Below, piece by piece: positions 38,723-52,062 of a DNA stretch of 64,000 nt. The notes below the pieces were generated by a model that saw nothing but the letters and a program-made list of their open reading frames with translations, was not told the origin of the DNA and searched no databases. A program made the translations under genes and the position numbers. Source of the DNA: Camelus dromedarius (lineage: Eukaryota); contig NC_087437.1 of the NCBI RefSeq assembly GCF_036321535.1, positions 74,340,001-74,404,000 on the forward strand, given 5' to 3'. How positions within the stretch are numbered: position 1 is the stretch's first letter; each line of letters opens with the position of its first letter.

Positions 38723-41581
38723 GACCCAAAGGAAGCTGAAAGAGAGAAAACAAAACAGAGAATTCAGGACTCGGTGTAGGAATGCTTTTGGTTGTAAGTA
38801 ATAAAATGCCTGACTAGGAGTAATTTAAACAATAAAGAGTATCTTTTTTCACATTATATAAAATCTGAAAGTTAGAAGTTGCTTGTCTTAGCTCAGTAGC
38901 TCAGCAATGTCAAAATTAAGTTAAAAATTCTCTTGGCCTCTCCCACCTAATTCCAATACAACTTCTCTGTAGCTTCAAAGCAGGAAAAGGAGAGACAGAA
39001 GAGCAGCGACAGACTTCTATACACGTCCCTGGGCCAGACTCACTGGTAACCAGCACACAGACCAGCAGCATTAGAACCACAGCTAGAGCAGCATTCTCCT
39101 CACAAGGCAATGGGACCCTACAGAGCGCCTTTAAACAATCCCAATTAAAACTAATTTCTAACAAATTTGTTCCTGTTTTGTTGACAAAGTATACACTTCC
39201 CAACTGTGAGTGATCGCTTTTATGAGTTACAAAATTCACATTTTCAAAACTGTAACCATTGTGTCTGGGTATACATGCAATGGAGAATATAGGTGAATGT
39301 ACATTATGTTATGGAACTAAAATGATGGAAATCAAGGAAAGTCACCCGGCTTATAACTGCCTTTCATATTAAAAGATGCATCTGTGGAGCATATTGATAA
39401 CCTCATTTGTTCTTTTATTTTTCTCTCCCATCAGACAGAGCTCAGAGTCATTGCCAAGAACAACCCCACTTATCTTAACTGTTATTGAAAGTGTTTACAT
39501 TTTTGTGGCTTTCTAAATGTTTTCTCTGGTTCTAGAACTCTTAAAAACTCACTTTAAGTGGTCTTGTTTGGTAACATCTAAAATGCCATTTCTAAGGTCC
39601 TGCATCTTTTCCATCATCTGTATAATTGCCCCTGCTGGTGCTTAGTTTGACTTAGGCACTCTGGATACTCCCTTTTCCCATTTCTATGCTGCTCTCTATT
39701 TTAAAGAGAAGACCAGACATATGGTAGTAAATAGAAGGTCACATCACATGTTTCCATATGAAGGGGATATCAAACCTAATTAGGCACAACAATGAAAAGG
39801 CTCCTGTAAAAGATCACTCAGGGTACTCTTGGTTGGAGTCCAGGCTGTGCTTTCTATGATGTGGGTGACTTGAAACATGACACTCAATCTCATGAGGACC
39901 AATTTCATCAAATACACCTTACTTCATATATTCTTGTGAAGAATCTTATGAAGACTTTGGATACAGAATATTTTTGTCTATAAAATATCTCTTAAAGAAA
40001 AAGTAACACATACTACATACTATTTGTAGTGCTCCTAAATCCTCCTGGAAAGCATTCAACAAGCACTTACCCACCCCAAACCCATGCTTCATTCTCTACC
40101 TCCTCCTCGCCCCACATCCCCTCTACCTGCCTCCACCTCGACCTTGATGTTCCTCCACACACAGCAGATAAAAAAGGTACATAAAAGAGGTAGATTTATG
40201 TTAGATTCTGCTTGGGACAAACAGTAGAGATCAATCTTCCTTTCATCACCTCATTCTTATTCTCTGTCAGGACCTGGAGTAGTGGGTTCTGGTCTCTACA
40301 TTAGCTGTCAAGGGCAGGTAATTGTTTCACACTATGGAAGTCCCTGGCTCAAAAGGGGTGATTTCTTGAATCTGTCCAGTCTTATCTGAGGCCCAGCTCC
40401 TGACCTGTGCCTTTGCTGCATACACTAAGCCTGCCTAATGAGATAACTGTGTTAAATGTCAGGACTCTTGGTTTCTGGCCTTAGTCTAGCCAATTAATTA
40501 ACCCTGTTGTGGCTCCCACTTTCTGCAGGAGGGGATGGTAAAGTTTTTAAAGGGAGTTTTATGGGTAACCCATGGCCAGATTAGAACACTGCTGACTAGT
40601 GTTCCAAGAAGCGGAAACTACTGATGGGTAAGCCTGTGTGCTAGACCCCAACAGTGTGCACCCACTTACTTACTCACGGGAGACTTGGCTTGACAGTTAA
40701 TCCCTAAGTGGCTCAAAACCTATAAGAAAGTGTACAACATCTGCTTGAAGTTTTCTCATTCATCTTCACTTTTTTATTCTCCTTTGAGGCTTATTTGAAG
40801 AAGATTCCTTTCTTGACTAGGGAACCTCTACTGACAATTTTAGTTCATCTTTGATTTTTAAAATTACTTAATATATACATGAAGCAAAGTGCCTAGTTTT
40901 ATGTTTCTTATACCTCTGCAAGTTTTCACCTTCCAGTGTTCATACTTTGGTAAATTTGGCCTGCACCATTTTCCTAAATAAATATTTCCTATACAGAGAC
41001 CATTGCTTCTTCCATGCAGTAAGGAAAATACAGAGTGTTCCAGCTTCTCCTCTTATTCATGAAGGACTTTGACAGTGAAGGCCATAATGGTGTTGAGGTA
41101 ATAGGATCAACTGCCCACTAGCAAACATGAGAGTAGCCCAAAATGTACATTCTCTAGCGAAAGCCGGAGGAGGCGAGGGGGCAGTATGAGAGTGACACAT
41201 ACTGTAAAGGAATGTAAAAAATACACAGGCTAGAAGTGACAGCATCCAACTCACACTTTCTCCTGCAAGAAACAGTAATCTATTAGCTCACACACCTGGG
41301 AAGGACACTGGAGACAGGGCAGGGCATAAAAGAACGAGCTTTAGAACCAGGACCAGTAAGTGGGAGCTGGGACTCAGAGGCCGGCACCTCCCGCCACACA
41401 AGTACTGCTTCCCTCTACGTGGCTTACTTTTCTAAAAAGACTCTTCCATCTTATTCATCAGGGAAAGTGGCTCTCATGGGTTTGTCTTTAATCCTCTTTC
41501 ATACCTCCCCAACAGAAAAAAAAAAAAAATTCTCTCCTGGCATTCATTAAAGAAACCAAGACATGGCTCTGGTTCCACTTT

Positions 41582-41812
41582 TAGAGTTGCCAGATTTAGC
41601 AAACAAAAATATAGGACACCCAGTTAAAACTGAATTTCAGATAAACAACAAATATTACTTGAGTACAAGGCTATATTAGTATGGATACATCCCATTCAAT
41701 ATTTGACAGAATTTCTATAGATGTGAAAAAATGGTACAACCTAGGCCCCTAGCCATTGTTCATCTAAAATTCAAATTGAAGTGGGACCCCTATATTTTAT
41801 CTGGCAACCCTA
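41582..41812. mobile_element. MER53 palindromic hAT MITE
   Basis: Termini 'tagagttgccagatttagcaaacaaaaatataggacacccagttaaaactgaatttcagataaacaa' and 'ttgttcatctaaaattcaaattgaagtgggacccctatattttatctggcaacccta' are mutual reverse complements. Confidence 0.9.
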
Positions 41813-44594
41813 CATAGTTGGGTTGAGCCCCCATCACAATCGCTGTTGTCCAGGAATTGAGGTCACTACGCTTAGTCACACACCCCATCCCCTCCAGTCA
41901 CCATGAGGGTGAAGTCTGATACCAGAAGAGAAGAATGTGGGAAACACTGCCATGCGCAGCCCAGACACTACCCAACTCCATAACAGAGATGGGTGATGGT
42001 GGGGGCAGGGGAGCCAAGAATAAACAAGTCAAACCTAGTCACCATTTGCTTAGGGCTTGCCCTAAAAACCAGAAGATGCTGATCAGATATGATTTGCACT
42101 GTTGATGATCCACATTATTATACATCACCAGTGATTACAGGACGAAGTCACAGAAAACACTTCTGAATTTTTCTGAACACAGATTAATTCCTATGTAATT
42201 ATACACTGCTGCAAAAGACAAGTGGTAGGGGTGAACTAAATGACTATGGTTTAATACTGGGGGCACTGCCAGGATAGTAGGCAGTCTTGTTTTATGGTTT
42301 TCCTGGGATTCAGGAAGCTTCCTGGGCTTCTCTAAGTGGTAATTATAAAATAATAAGCAAAAAATATGTTGGCTCTGGCATCAGGCAGGATGACAGAAAT
42401 GCAGGCTTGTCTAAGTTTGGCAGCAGCACACTTAATTACATTGACAATGTGTGGCTGTGTCATTTCTTAGGAACTAATTACTTCATTCCTTTGGAATGGA
42501 AGTGTCCCTAAGGACACAGTTTTTGAAATACAACTTTTGGACCAAAGACCACAACACAATGTATCAAATTATGATGACTGGCTGCTGATAGGATGGTTTT
42601 ATACTTTAAAATAAAGGAAACCATTTTAAGTATCTATTTTCCTTTACAGAGATAAGTAGATACGGCTGTCGAATGACTATAAAATAGTCTCCTCAGGAAG
42701 TTTCAAAGGTTCGACGCGATTTCTCAATGGAGGATCAGGCTTTAAAATCCGTGTTCTACACAGAATGGAAATGGGAATGAAGTTTCTTATCACCAGTTTA
42801 AGTGGGAGCAACCACTTCTGTGGGTAAATAGTGACTTGTGAAAGATCATTTAGCTCTGATAAATGGATCTGAACTGACAGTGAAACTGACAGAGAGAGGC
42901 AGACTTTCCATCAGGAACAGAAGGCAACAAACTGCTTTCACTCTGAAAGGTTTCCTCATGAGGACAGTTTGGGATACTACAAAGAGGAAGAGACACGAAC
43001 CATGGCAATGCACTCTTCTGGACCAGCTGTGTTCCTCTGACTTCTCCCTCTTTCCCTTGCTAGCGTGTCTTCCTTTTCCTTTTCCCCTCTAAATTTGAGC
43101 ACTTCCCAAAGTTCTTTCTCTGTACTCTCTCCCTCAGAAAATGTTCCTAATAGAACCATCCCTCTTGAGGCACTCAGCCCCTGTGGGGGTTTGGCCAGGT
43201 TGTGCAGTGCACAACTCTAGTGGCCCGTTCACACTGTAGTCTGCGTGCCCTACAAACCTATCAACTTTCGTGTGGCAGCCTAAAAAGGATGATTCAAACA
43301 TACTTCTACCCCACGTTTTCCCTCTGATCTCCACTCATGAACTTCTAGCTGCTTATCCAACAATTCTTATTAACCTGAAAACAAATGGCAATTTTATTTA
43401 TGCTCTAAAAGCAGAAGGAACTAAGAGAATATGTCTTCCTCTATCAGAAGAAAATAAAACTTGCGTGAAACCATCCCCATTTGGTTGGTATTTCTGAACA
43501 ATAAACGACCTACTATTACTACTTGCACACATTTCCCCTAATACTACAGACATGGAGTGCCAAGGGGGATTCTCAAAGGACTTGGTTAAAAGAACACCAC
43601 ACAGTCACAAGAGTAATGAAGGGCCGCTTAATGGACAGCTGTGAACCACCAGATTGCAATGACACTATTTCAGTGAGAACAGGAAGATGTTTAGCTGAGA
43701 CCAGAAAGTGAGTGCCAGCAACAAAACAGCAGCTCAGTGAACAGCTTGCTTTTGAAGACGTGCTCCAGTGATTACCCAAAGACACCGCTGTGAGCTTGAA
43801 GAGCTAATACAGCTAAATGGCCTGCCCACTCTAGGAACATTCTCACGCTCAGCTACCTCCCAGGTTGAGTGCTTGTCCCAGGTCATGAGATCAATGTGGG
43901 CTTAGTAGCTGCCATCTTATAAACCTTGACCTCCTTCCCTTGCCAATTTCCCTGCATTTGGGCACTCTGAAGCAAAGTACAGACGACACCCACTTCCAGA
44001 TCCAGAGCCGTGCATGTGATGTCCCTCTCAGTAGCTTCACAGGCGACTTCACCTTGCTTCTCTGAGGGCGACTACCCCAGAGCTTCAAGTTGTTTCCCTT
44101 GTAAGTGACACCTCTGAGTATCCCCACCTAATCCTGTTGAAACAGGATCTTGCCTTCAGTGTCTCCAAAGTAGAGTTCTTCTTTAACGCCTTTCTAATGA
44201 ATGCCAGGAAAAACAAAATCTCCAATAACCGCTTTCAAAATTATAAAGTAATCCTCATATCACCATGTCCCTTATTGCTCAAAACTTTCAATGACTTAAC
44301 ATCACACACAAAATTAAGAAAACAAAACGATTACAAAGAATTTCTACCATATATCTACACAAACCTTATTGCACTTTACTGCCCGTAGAATTACTGCAGC
44401 GTGCTGCATTTCTCAAATATGTTCCAAAACACTGCATAGTAAGATGCCCATTATATTCCCTCCACCTGGAATTCCATCCACCTCACTGTCAAATGCTACT
44501 CTTCATTCAAAGGATGACAATAATGCCACCTCTTTCAAGAAATCTTTTTAGGCATCCCCAGACAATGGTAATCTCTCCATCTGTTAAATTCCAC

Positions 44595-44760
44595 TGAGTA
44601 CAGTGCCAAGACTTCAGGCTTTGAAACTCAATGTAGTTGGTGCGAATCCCAGTTTCACCACTCACTTAGCTCTGTGTCCTAGAGAAATTTACTTAATATC
44701 TTGATTCCCATTTTATTAATTTTTGAAATGATGACTGTCTTAATTTATAAAATTTAAATA
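44595..44760 (+). mobile_element. MIR SINE
   Basis: 'caggctttgaaactca..gcgaatcccagtttcaccactcacttagctctgtgtcctagagaaatttacttaa'. Confidence 0.75.
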
Positions 44761-44815
44761 ATATTTTCTTTTCAGGAAAAGTGTGACAAAAGAAGAGGTT
44801 TAACACAAATGCAAG

Positions 44816-45222
44816 TGTATTAGTTTGCTAGGGCTGCTGTAACAAAACACTACAGATTAGATGGCTTAAACAGAAATCTAAGTTCTCACATTTCTGGAGC
44901 CTAGACGTCTACGTCACGTCAGCAGGTGCGGTTTCTTCGGAGGACTCTCTCCCTGGCCTGCACATGACCACCTTCTCTCTGACGTCCTCACGTGGCCTTT
45001 TCTCTGTGTACAAACATCCCTGAAGTCTCTGTGTGTCTAAATTTCCTCTTCTTATAAGGACACCAGTCACATTAGATTAGGGCCCACCCTAATGGCCTCA
45101 TTTTAACCTAATTACCTTTTTCAAGGCCCTATATCCAAATACAGGCATATTCTGAGGCACTAGGGGTAGCAGCTAGGAATTCAACGTATGAATTTCGAGG
45201 GGACATAGTTCAGTCCATAACA
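44816..45222 (-). mobile_element. MLT1B MaLR solo LTR with perfect 5-bp TSD
   Basis: 'tgtattagtttgctagggctgctgtaacaaa' ... 'cttataaggacaccagtcacattagattagggcccaccctaatg' ... 'cagtccataaca'; TSD gcaag at 44811-44815 and 45223-45227. Confidence 0.92.
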
Positions 45223-45646
45223 GCAAGTAACTTCATATTCAGTATCAGGTAACCTTGTTCCTATTAAAATTCCTTAGCACTCTGACACCAGGAATTTCTC
45301 ACAGGCCATTTTTCCTCAGAAGTTCCAGCTTCTGAATAGAAGAACTGACAACATTTTGTTTTGTTTTGTTTTCCCCGCCCAGCTACATGGAAGTAGAGTT
45401 AAAACTGCAGTTTATCCTTTTCAGAATATAGTGATTGCAGAGTTCCTCTGCTAATACTCAACTAATTCATAAGAGGACCCACTAGATTTATTAAGCACCA
45501 CGAATTTTTCAGTTACTAATTATGTTTGCAGATAGCAGAGGCTGACACAGAGATCACACTTCGCCCTAGGATTCAGAATTAGCATATCTGATCAGCTGGG
45601 TGTATGAGGGTTTGGGTTGAATGTTCATACAGGAGGGTATACTCAA

Positions 45647-46190
45647 TGTATCAGGTAAGAGGTCAGTGAGGAAACAGGAAACACTCTCAGTGTTTTAAAC
45701 ACAGAGAACTTAACATAGGGAAGGGGTTACATAGGTGATGAGAAAGATGAGAAGCCAAGCAGGGCATTGTGGAGTAACTGAATAATTAGAAACAGCAGAA
45801 AACCACCACCATCTCCAAGACTGCGGGAACACAATAGGGAGGTGGTACTACCAGAAATCAGAAGCTTGGGACATCCAGAAGGAGCTCCAACCACAGCAGC
45901 GTTTACTTGGTAGAAGCTGGATTTACAAAGGGCCAGCTGTTCAGAAAGAACTTGCTCCCATAAAGACACAGCCGCTTCAAGAAACTGCTGCCTGAGGCAG
46001 AACTTTAGGAATATCCTGTTTTTTTCCCACTCCTGCAAGCCTCTAGTATTCCACCAGTGCTGCCCATGGGCCAAACATATCTAGAAGCGCAAAAACATAA
46101 TATAGGCAACATATAGCAAATACAGACAAGACAGGAAACATAACAGGGCAACAGCTGGATCTGAGTGCAAACAGGCAATGACTAGAACTG
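45647..46190 (-). mobile_element. ERVL-type solo LTR (LTR16/LTR50-like; subfamily uncertain)
   Basis: 'tgtatcagg..ggaaacaggaaacactc..ggttacataggtgatg..tgagaagccaagcaggg..attagaaacagcagaaaaccaccacc', 'ctcctgcaagcctct..ccaccagtgctgcccatgggcca'. Confidence 0.55.
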
Positions 46191-46335
46191 TATTCAAGGA
46201 GAATTAGGAGAGCAGAGTAAATCTCCCAGATTCCATCCTCAGGTATAATGAGCCTAAATTCTACAAAGGCTGGGGAAACTTCAAAAAACAATGAAACCAG
46301 CTGTTTATACCAAAGTTCTATGTGCTATTGGGGAA

Positions 46336-46807
46336 TGCTGTTAGCAAAATAATGGGCCCCAATGATGTCCATGCCCTAATCCTTGGAATATGTGAATATG
46401 GCAGAAGAGACTTCAGGGATATGATTAAGATTAAGGACCATGAGATGGGGAGGTTATCCTGGATTTTCCAGGTGGGCCAAATCTGATCACATGGTCCTTA
46501 AAAGTGAAGAATATTTGCTTGCTTGGTCAGAAGGAGATGTGAAGAATAGTCAAAGATGCAATGTTGCCGGCCTTGGAGTCGGAGGTAGGGAGTCACACAT
46601 CAAGGAATGTGGGCAACCTCCAGATGACAGAAGATAAAAGGAAACAGATTCTTCCCTAGCGTCCTGAGACAGGGGACGTGGTCCTGAAAACACCATGATT
46701 TGAGCCCAGTGAGACCTGGGTCAGATTTCTAATTTACAAAACTAAAGGATAATAAATTTGTTGTCACAAGGCACTGTTTGTTACAGTGTCAATAGGAGAC
46801 GAATACA
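46336..46807 (+). mobile_element. MLT1D MaLR solo LTR
   Basis: 'aataatgggccccaatgatgtccatgccctaatccttggaa', 'tgagatggggaggttatcctggatt..ccaggtgggcc', 'aaggaaacagattctt', end 'aataggagacgaataca'; TSD gggaa/ggaaa. Confidence 0.85.
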
Positions 46808-48469
46808 GGAAACAAAGAGCTCTGCTTGGCATCAGTAACAAAGCTGAACGGAAAGAGGAGATGGGAGGAGAAGGAGCACTATCCTGACCTCTGCACAGAA
46901 AGCAGGGTGGCTTTCGTGCACTGTGGTCCCCAATGAAGTCAGCAACAGTATAGTGATCACCATGCAGAGTGCGAGTGGTACCTGATTAAAGGTAGAGGAG
47001 CCCAGGAGAAAGCAGCCCGAAGGCCAGCACTCACAGAGCTGTTGCGGTAGCTTTGAAAGCAGAAGGGCTTCAGCAGAAAGCACCACTAGGACCCTAATCA
47101 GTGCTAATGGACTTAAGAGTTCCAGGTGAGGAGGGACAGGACTCCATGAACACATGTGAAATTCACAGTGAAGAATTTTGATGGCACTCTTCTATTCCAC
47201 TATTCTTGAATGGAAGTCCTGAGTAATAAAATGTGACACAGCTTTGTATTCAAAACACAATTTTAAACAATTAAGAGATACGTGGAGAGATAAATTAGTT
47301 GCTAACAAAGATGAACAAGGAATTCTCCAATATAATTATTACTAATTATTTTTCTGTACACCTACAGCTTGGGAATAAATTAGAGGCATAATAATCTGTT
47401 TAGGGCAGAATGCAGTTAGCAGGCTTTATTTAAATCTATCTTGAGACTGGTTTGTGACTTTATCCTGAAGAACAAAATCAAAAACATTGCTTAATTCTTG
47501 AAAATAATCCTGCAGGAACATGATTTGGTATCTAAATATCATGTCCTATCTTTAAGGAATTGTATCATTCTGTAAGGATGCATGTCTAAGGACTACACAT
47601 TCCACCCTCTCTACAACAACTTTGACCCAAACCTGATTCTCACTTTCTCCCTCTATCTTCCTTTCTATTGCAGGGCAAAATAAAGTGCTCAGGAAATAGA
47701 AGAAAAGGTGGATAAAAAGCACCCGAATCTTTCAGAATGCTGAGTGCCACTGAAAATGACCTAAGTGTAAGAGCATACGGTTTTTTCACCTCAAGTGAAA
47801 TATTTCTAAACTAAAAGGTTTGATAGTCAAAGTAATAAACTAAATCAACTTTTCAATCCAGAACTTTAGAATGTTTTTCTCTGAGGCAGACCTCTTTTTT
47901 TTTCCTCCAGGATGCAAGTTTGGTAATGGCTCTGATTTTAGCAACTAAAATAACAAAATTAACCTGGGCAACTATTTTACAGAATACGTGACCACTGGAG
48001 TTAAGTGCCCTCCATTTTTCCACCTTTTTACTCATCTTTTGCTAATGGCCACCCATTTAATGCCCATCTTTGATCAGCTCTGAATAACGGCAGTAACTCC
48101 CACTTCTTGCAGTCCTTACATTGGCAGTTGTCACATTAACAGTATATTATTTAGTTTTAATTATATCTGCTCCCCAGGGAGGGATCATTTTTTTGACTCT
48201 TTATTAAAATGCTTACTGCCAGTATCAGGATTTGGGGGTTACAAAAACTAGCAAAGACATGCACGGTTTTCAGAATGCTAAGATATTTAGTCAGTGTTGC
48301 GATGGTTGGTTGGAGAGCACGAAAGCTATGATTTCTTAGGCTTGCTCAAAGATGTGATTTAGGAGATAAGAAAATATTTTTAAACATTTTAATTAATTTT
48401 TTAAATGTAAAAGCAATGCACAGCTTTTGTATTGACTTAAGCAATATATATGGAATAAAGAGTTAAAGC

Positions 48470-48960
48470 CAAGGCAAGAATGATCACTATCATAAACATT
48501 ATAACCATGTTCTCAAAGTCCTATTCCAATTAAATTAGCAAAGAAAGTGAGAGAAAAAAATATTGGGGGAAAAAGAGGGAAAATGATCATTGTTTAAGGG
48601 TGATAGAATTACATATGTAGAATCTGAGAGAATCAACAACTCTATTGGAAATAAAAAAAGAATTTAGTAAAGCAATTGGTCACAGAATTAATATATAAAA
48701 ATAACAAGATCAAATATTCAAAGAATTTGTCAGAAAATACACAAAAAGAAAAATTATCCTGTATGATAGTAATAAATGGAAATATACTTTAAGAAATGTG
48801 CCAGTCTCATAAGAAAACTACTATAAAAATCAACTGGAGGAAATGAAGAAGAAAAATTAAAGTAAGATGTATCATGTTGCTCAGTATTGTGAGATATGAA
48901 TTCTCCGTAATTTACTCAATATATTTCATACAATCCCAATTAAAATAGCAACAGGTGGTT
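48470..48960 (+). mobile_element. Ancient L1 (L1M5/L1ME-like) ORF2 fragment
   Basis: 'aaggcaagaatgatcactatc', 'gagagaatcaac..gaatttagtaaag..aattaatatataaaaat', 'atacaatcccaattaaaatagcaacagg'. Confidence 0.55.
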
Positions 48961-48965
48961 CTAAT

Positions 48966-49128
48966 GCATAGCAAAGGGAACTACATTCAGTATCTTGTAA
49001 TAACCTATAATGAAAAAGAATATGAAAGAGAATATATACATACAGACACACACAAATATAACTGAATCACTATGCTGTACACCAGAAACTAACAAAACAT
49101 TGTAAATCAATTGTAATTTTTTTTAAAA
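48966..49128 (+). mobile_element. Short lineage-specific L1 3' terminus
   Basis: 'atagcaaagggaactacattcagtatcttgtaataacctataatgaaaaagaatatgaaa..aactgaatcactatgctgtacaccagaaactaac', homologous to 1990-2130. Confidence 0.85.
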
Positions 49129-49534
49129 GGCTGCCTGAAAGCCTCACCTATCCCCTCATCAGATTTAATCTGACTGACAAGTAAACTTTTCCATGCTAAA
49201 CAACTGACATTACTGAAATGTTTGTTGGTGCAACATCCTGAATAATATAGAACTTTTCTTCTATTTAATGTTCAGGAATATTTTAAACAATGTATTTAAA
49301 GATTTGGTAAAATTTCTGTAAAATCTTTGAGCCTGATGCCTCTTTAATGGTGAAATTTGTCACCACTTTTCAGGTCTCTGTTTTGCTTGGATATTCTACC
49401 TCTCCTTAGGTTTTTATTATATTATATAAGAATATCATATCTTAGAAAACATCTTTTTTTAATTTCATGACTCAATTTCTAAAATCATTGGAATGAAGTT
49501 ACACAGTCTTCTAAACTTTAAAATCTCTATATTT

Positions 49535-49696
49535 AGGGGAGAGTATATCTCAGTGGTAGAGCACATGCTTAGCATGCACCAGGTCCTGGGTTCAATCCCC
49601 AGTACTGCCATTAACATTTTTTTAATAAATAAACAAATAAACATAATTAACCCCCTCATGAAAAAAACAAGCTTAAATAAGTAAATAATTTTTTTT
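49535..49696 (+). mobile_element. tRNA-Ala-derived camelid SINE (vic-1 type)
   Basis: 'ggggagagtatatctcagtggtagagcacatgcttagcatgcaccaggtcctgggttcaatccccagtactgcca'; 14-bp TSD aaatctct(a/g)tattt at 49521-49534 and 49697-49710. Confidence 0.9.
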
Positions 49697-50800
49697 AAAT
49701 CTCTGTATTTGCACCTGATTTCTTTTACCTAATGCTTATTCATGACTTTACTTCTCTAGTTGATCAATTTCTCTTTTGTCGTTGTTAGCTTCTTTCTCTA
49801 CTACCTTTAGGTTTATATGGCCAGTTTTTTTAACTGAAGACATAGTTCACAAGACTATTAATTTTTCTCAGCAAATTGTGTCAGTAACGTCTTATATGTG
49901 AATCCTGTCCTTGTTATTTTCCAAAAAAATTTTAACAACATATTTCAGTATCCCTTTTAATCCATTTAGACAGATGCATGTTTAAATAATTTCTAAGAAA
50001 TGTCAGAAATCTATTTTGAATATAAAATGAATGCACTTATTTTGAATATATTTTTCTGCTTAATTTGCATTTTATTTCTTGTGGTTAGAAAATCTATTTT
50101 GCATAATTTCTCCTGCATGGAACTAGCAGAGATTATCTTTGTACTGTAATGACATGCTCAATTTTTATAAATATTTCATGGATATTTGAAAAGAATGTGT
50201 ATCTTCTGTTTATTGGTACAAAGTTACATATTAACACCTACTATATTGAATGTAGTTATTGTGTTAATCAAACTATTTCTGCTATCTTACTTATTGTTTC
50301 CCTCATCTTCTTTAAAGTCATGAATTGTTCATTTCTTTGATTGGATTTGCTTTATATCCCTTGATATTTGGATGATGAGACCATAAAGGTTAATAAAAAT
50401 GAAAACTTCCTGGTTTATTAATCTTTAAAATATAGAATACATCTCCTCATGTAATCCATTAGATCTAAAGCCTATTTTTTTTTTAAATATTGATACCAGC
50501 TTTCTTTTTGTAAGTATGTATCAGGTATATTTTTGTTCCAACCCATTATATTTAATGTAGCTCTGCATTTTGTTAGTATCTTCTGTGAAAAGAATGTAAG
50601 TAGATTCTACTTTAGTTTTAATACAATTCGTTCTGTCATTAATATCATAATTCAATTACAGTTTTATCACTTTGATTTTGATAGTGAAGTGCTTGTATTT
50701 ATTGCTGTATTTTTACATCAGAGAAGGAAATACTATCCTATATTGTTAAAACTTTGCCACATAAAAATAAATCTTTGAGATGATAATGTCTACTGTAAGA

Positions 50801-50831
<31 letters not shown>

Positions 50832-51159
50832 TCTAACCTCCTTCACTTTTTCTGTGACAGTCTCTCCTGTTTTGTTCTTGTTTTTATTTTTTGGTAATGC
50901 ATGCCTTTTTCTTACTTCTATCCCTTTTTCATGTTGTATGACCATGTCTCCAAATCACCTTTTTATTCCATAAGGCAACTATAATTGATCAATGTTTTGA
51001 AGCTTTGGCTCTGCAAAATACTTGACTGTAGTTTGACTGGATGGAGAATCCTATGTTAAGAGAACATTTCTTATTGAAGTTATTTTTCAATGTCTTCTAG
51101 TAGCCAGGGTTTAAATGGGAATTGTAATGCCACCCATATTCTTGATCTTTTGCACCGTT

Positions 51160-51732
51160 AGCATAGTCAGCTACTGTTACAAGTTACAGAACATTTAACT
51201 CAAATGGTACAAAAACAAAACAAACAAACAACAACAAAAAAACTCTTTTCTTACCATAAAACCTAAGCTACTGGCAGGACAGTTGCCAGTGTGGATTAAT
51301 TCACAATGTTGCTAACAACACAAATACTTTCCTATTTTTTTTTAATGCTATCTAAATTATACTGACCAAATGTCTTTATGGCCAAGACGTGGTTGCCATA
51401 ATTCCAGCAATCACATGAACCTTCCATAACATCTTTCAGCAGAAGGGGGACTATATTTATTTTTTCTTTCTCTCTTTATCTGAGAAAGCAAATCTTCCTT
51501 CTGGAAATATACCTCACTTGATGTTCCGTAAACCAGACTGAATAACATTTCCAAGCCCAAACCAGTAACTGCAAGTGGAGTAAGAGCATCACAATTCTCC
51601 CCCTGAGGAAGAGGTCAACCCTCCCTGAAGAAGCACAGAGCCTACCAGTAACCTGATAAAAGCAAAATTCTTCTAGCAAAAAAAGGAGACTGAAGAATGG
51701 GTTGCCGACAGACAACCAGCAATATCTGCTGA
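51160..51732 (-). mobile_element. Old MaLR LTR (MLT1K/L-like) nested in the ancient L1
   Basis: 'catagtcagctac..agttacagaacatttaactcaaatgg', 'tggttgccataattccagcaatcacat', 'gacagacaaccagcaatatctgct'. Confidence 0.55.
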
Positions 51733-52037
51733 ATAAGTAGCTTTGCTGTTGTATTCCCTGGAGCCTTTTAGAGGTTTGTCTTTGTCTTTAGAATCCAGAA
51801 ATTTAACCTGGAGTTGTATAGGTGGATATTTGTATTTTTCTCCAGCTTAGTATATGATGAGCTTTTACAAATTAAAGTCTTGAGTCTTTCTACAATTCAG
51901 GAAAATTTTCTTCTACATTTGTTTATTTCCTGCCTTCATTCTTTCTGGTCTTAAATTAAATTTCAATTTTAACATTCAGATCAATAACTTGTTCTTCACC
52001 GACAGCCATCCAACTTTTTAGCCTCTCTCTTGATTTT

Positions 52038-52062
52038 TGTTGTTGTTGTTGTTGTTGTTGTT
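52038..52062. repeat. (GTT)n microsatellite
   Basis: 'tgttgttgttgttgttgttgttgtt'. Confidence 0.9.

Noticed and set aside
36727..45222. Inverted pair of MLT1B LTRs as a dsRNA structure or provirus ends
   Set aside because: They are in opposite orientation, visibly diverged, and the second has its own TSD, so they are independent solo LTRs.
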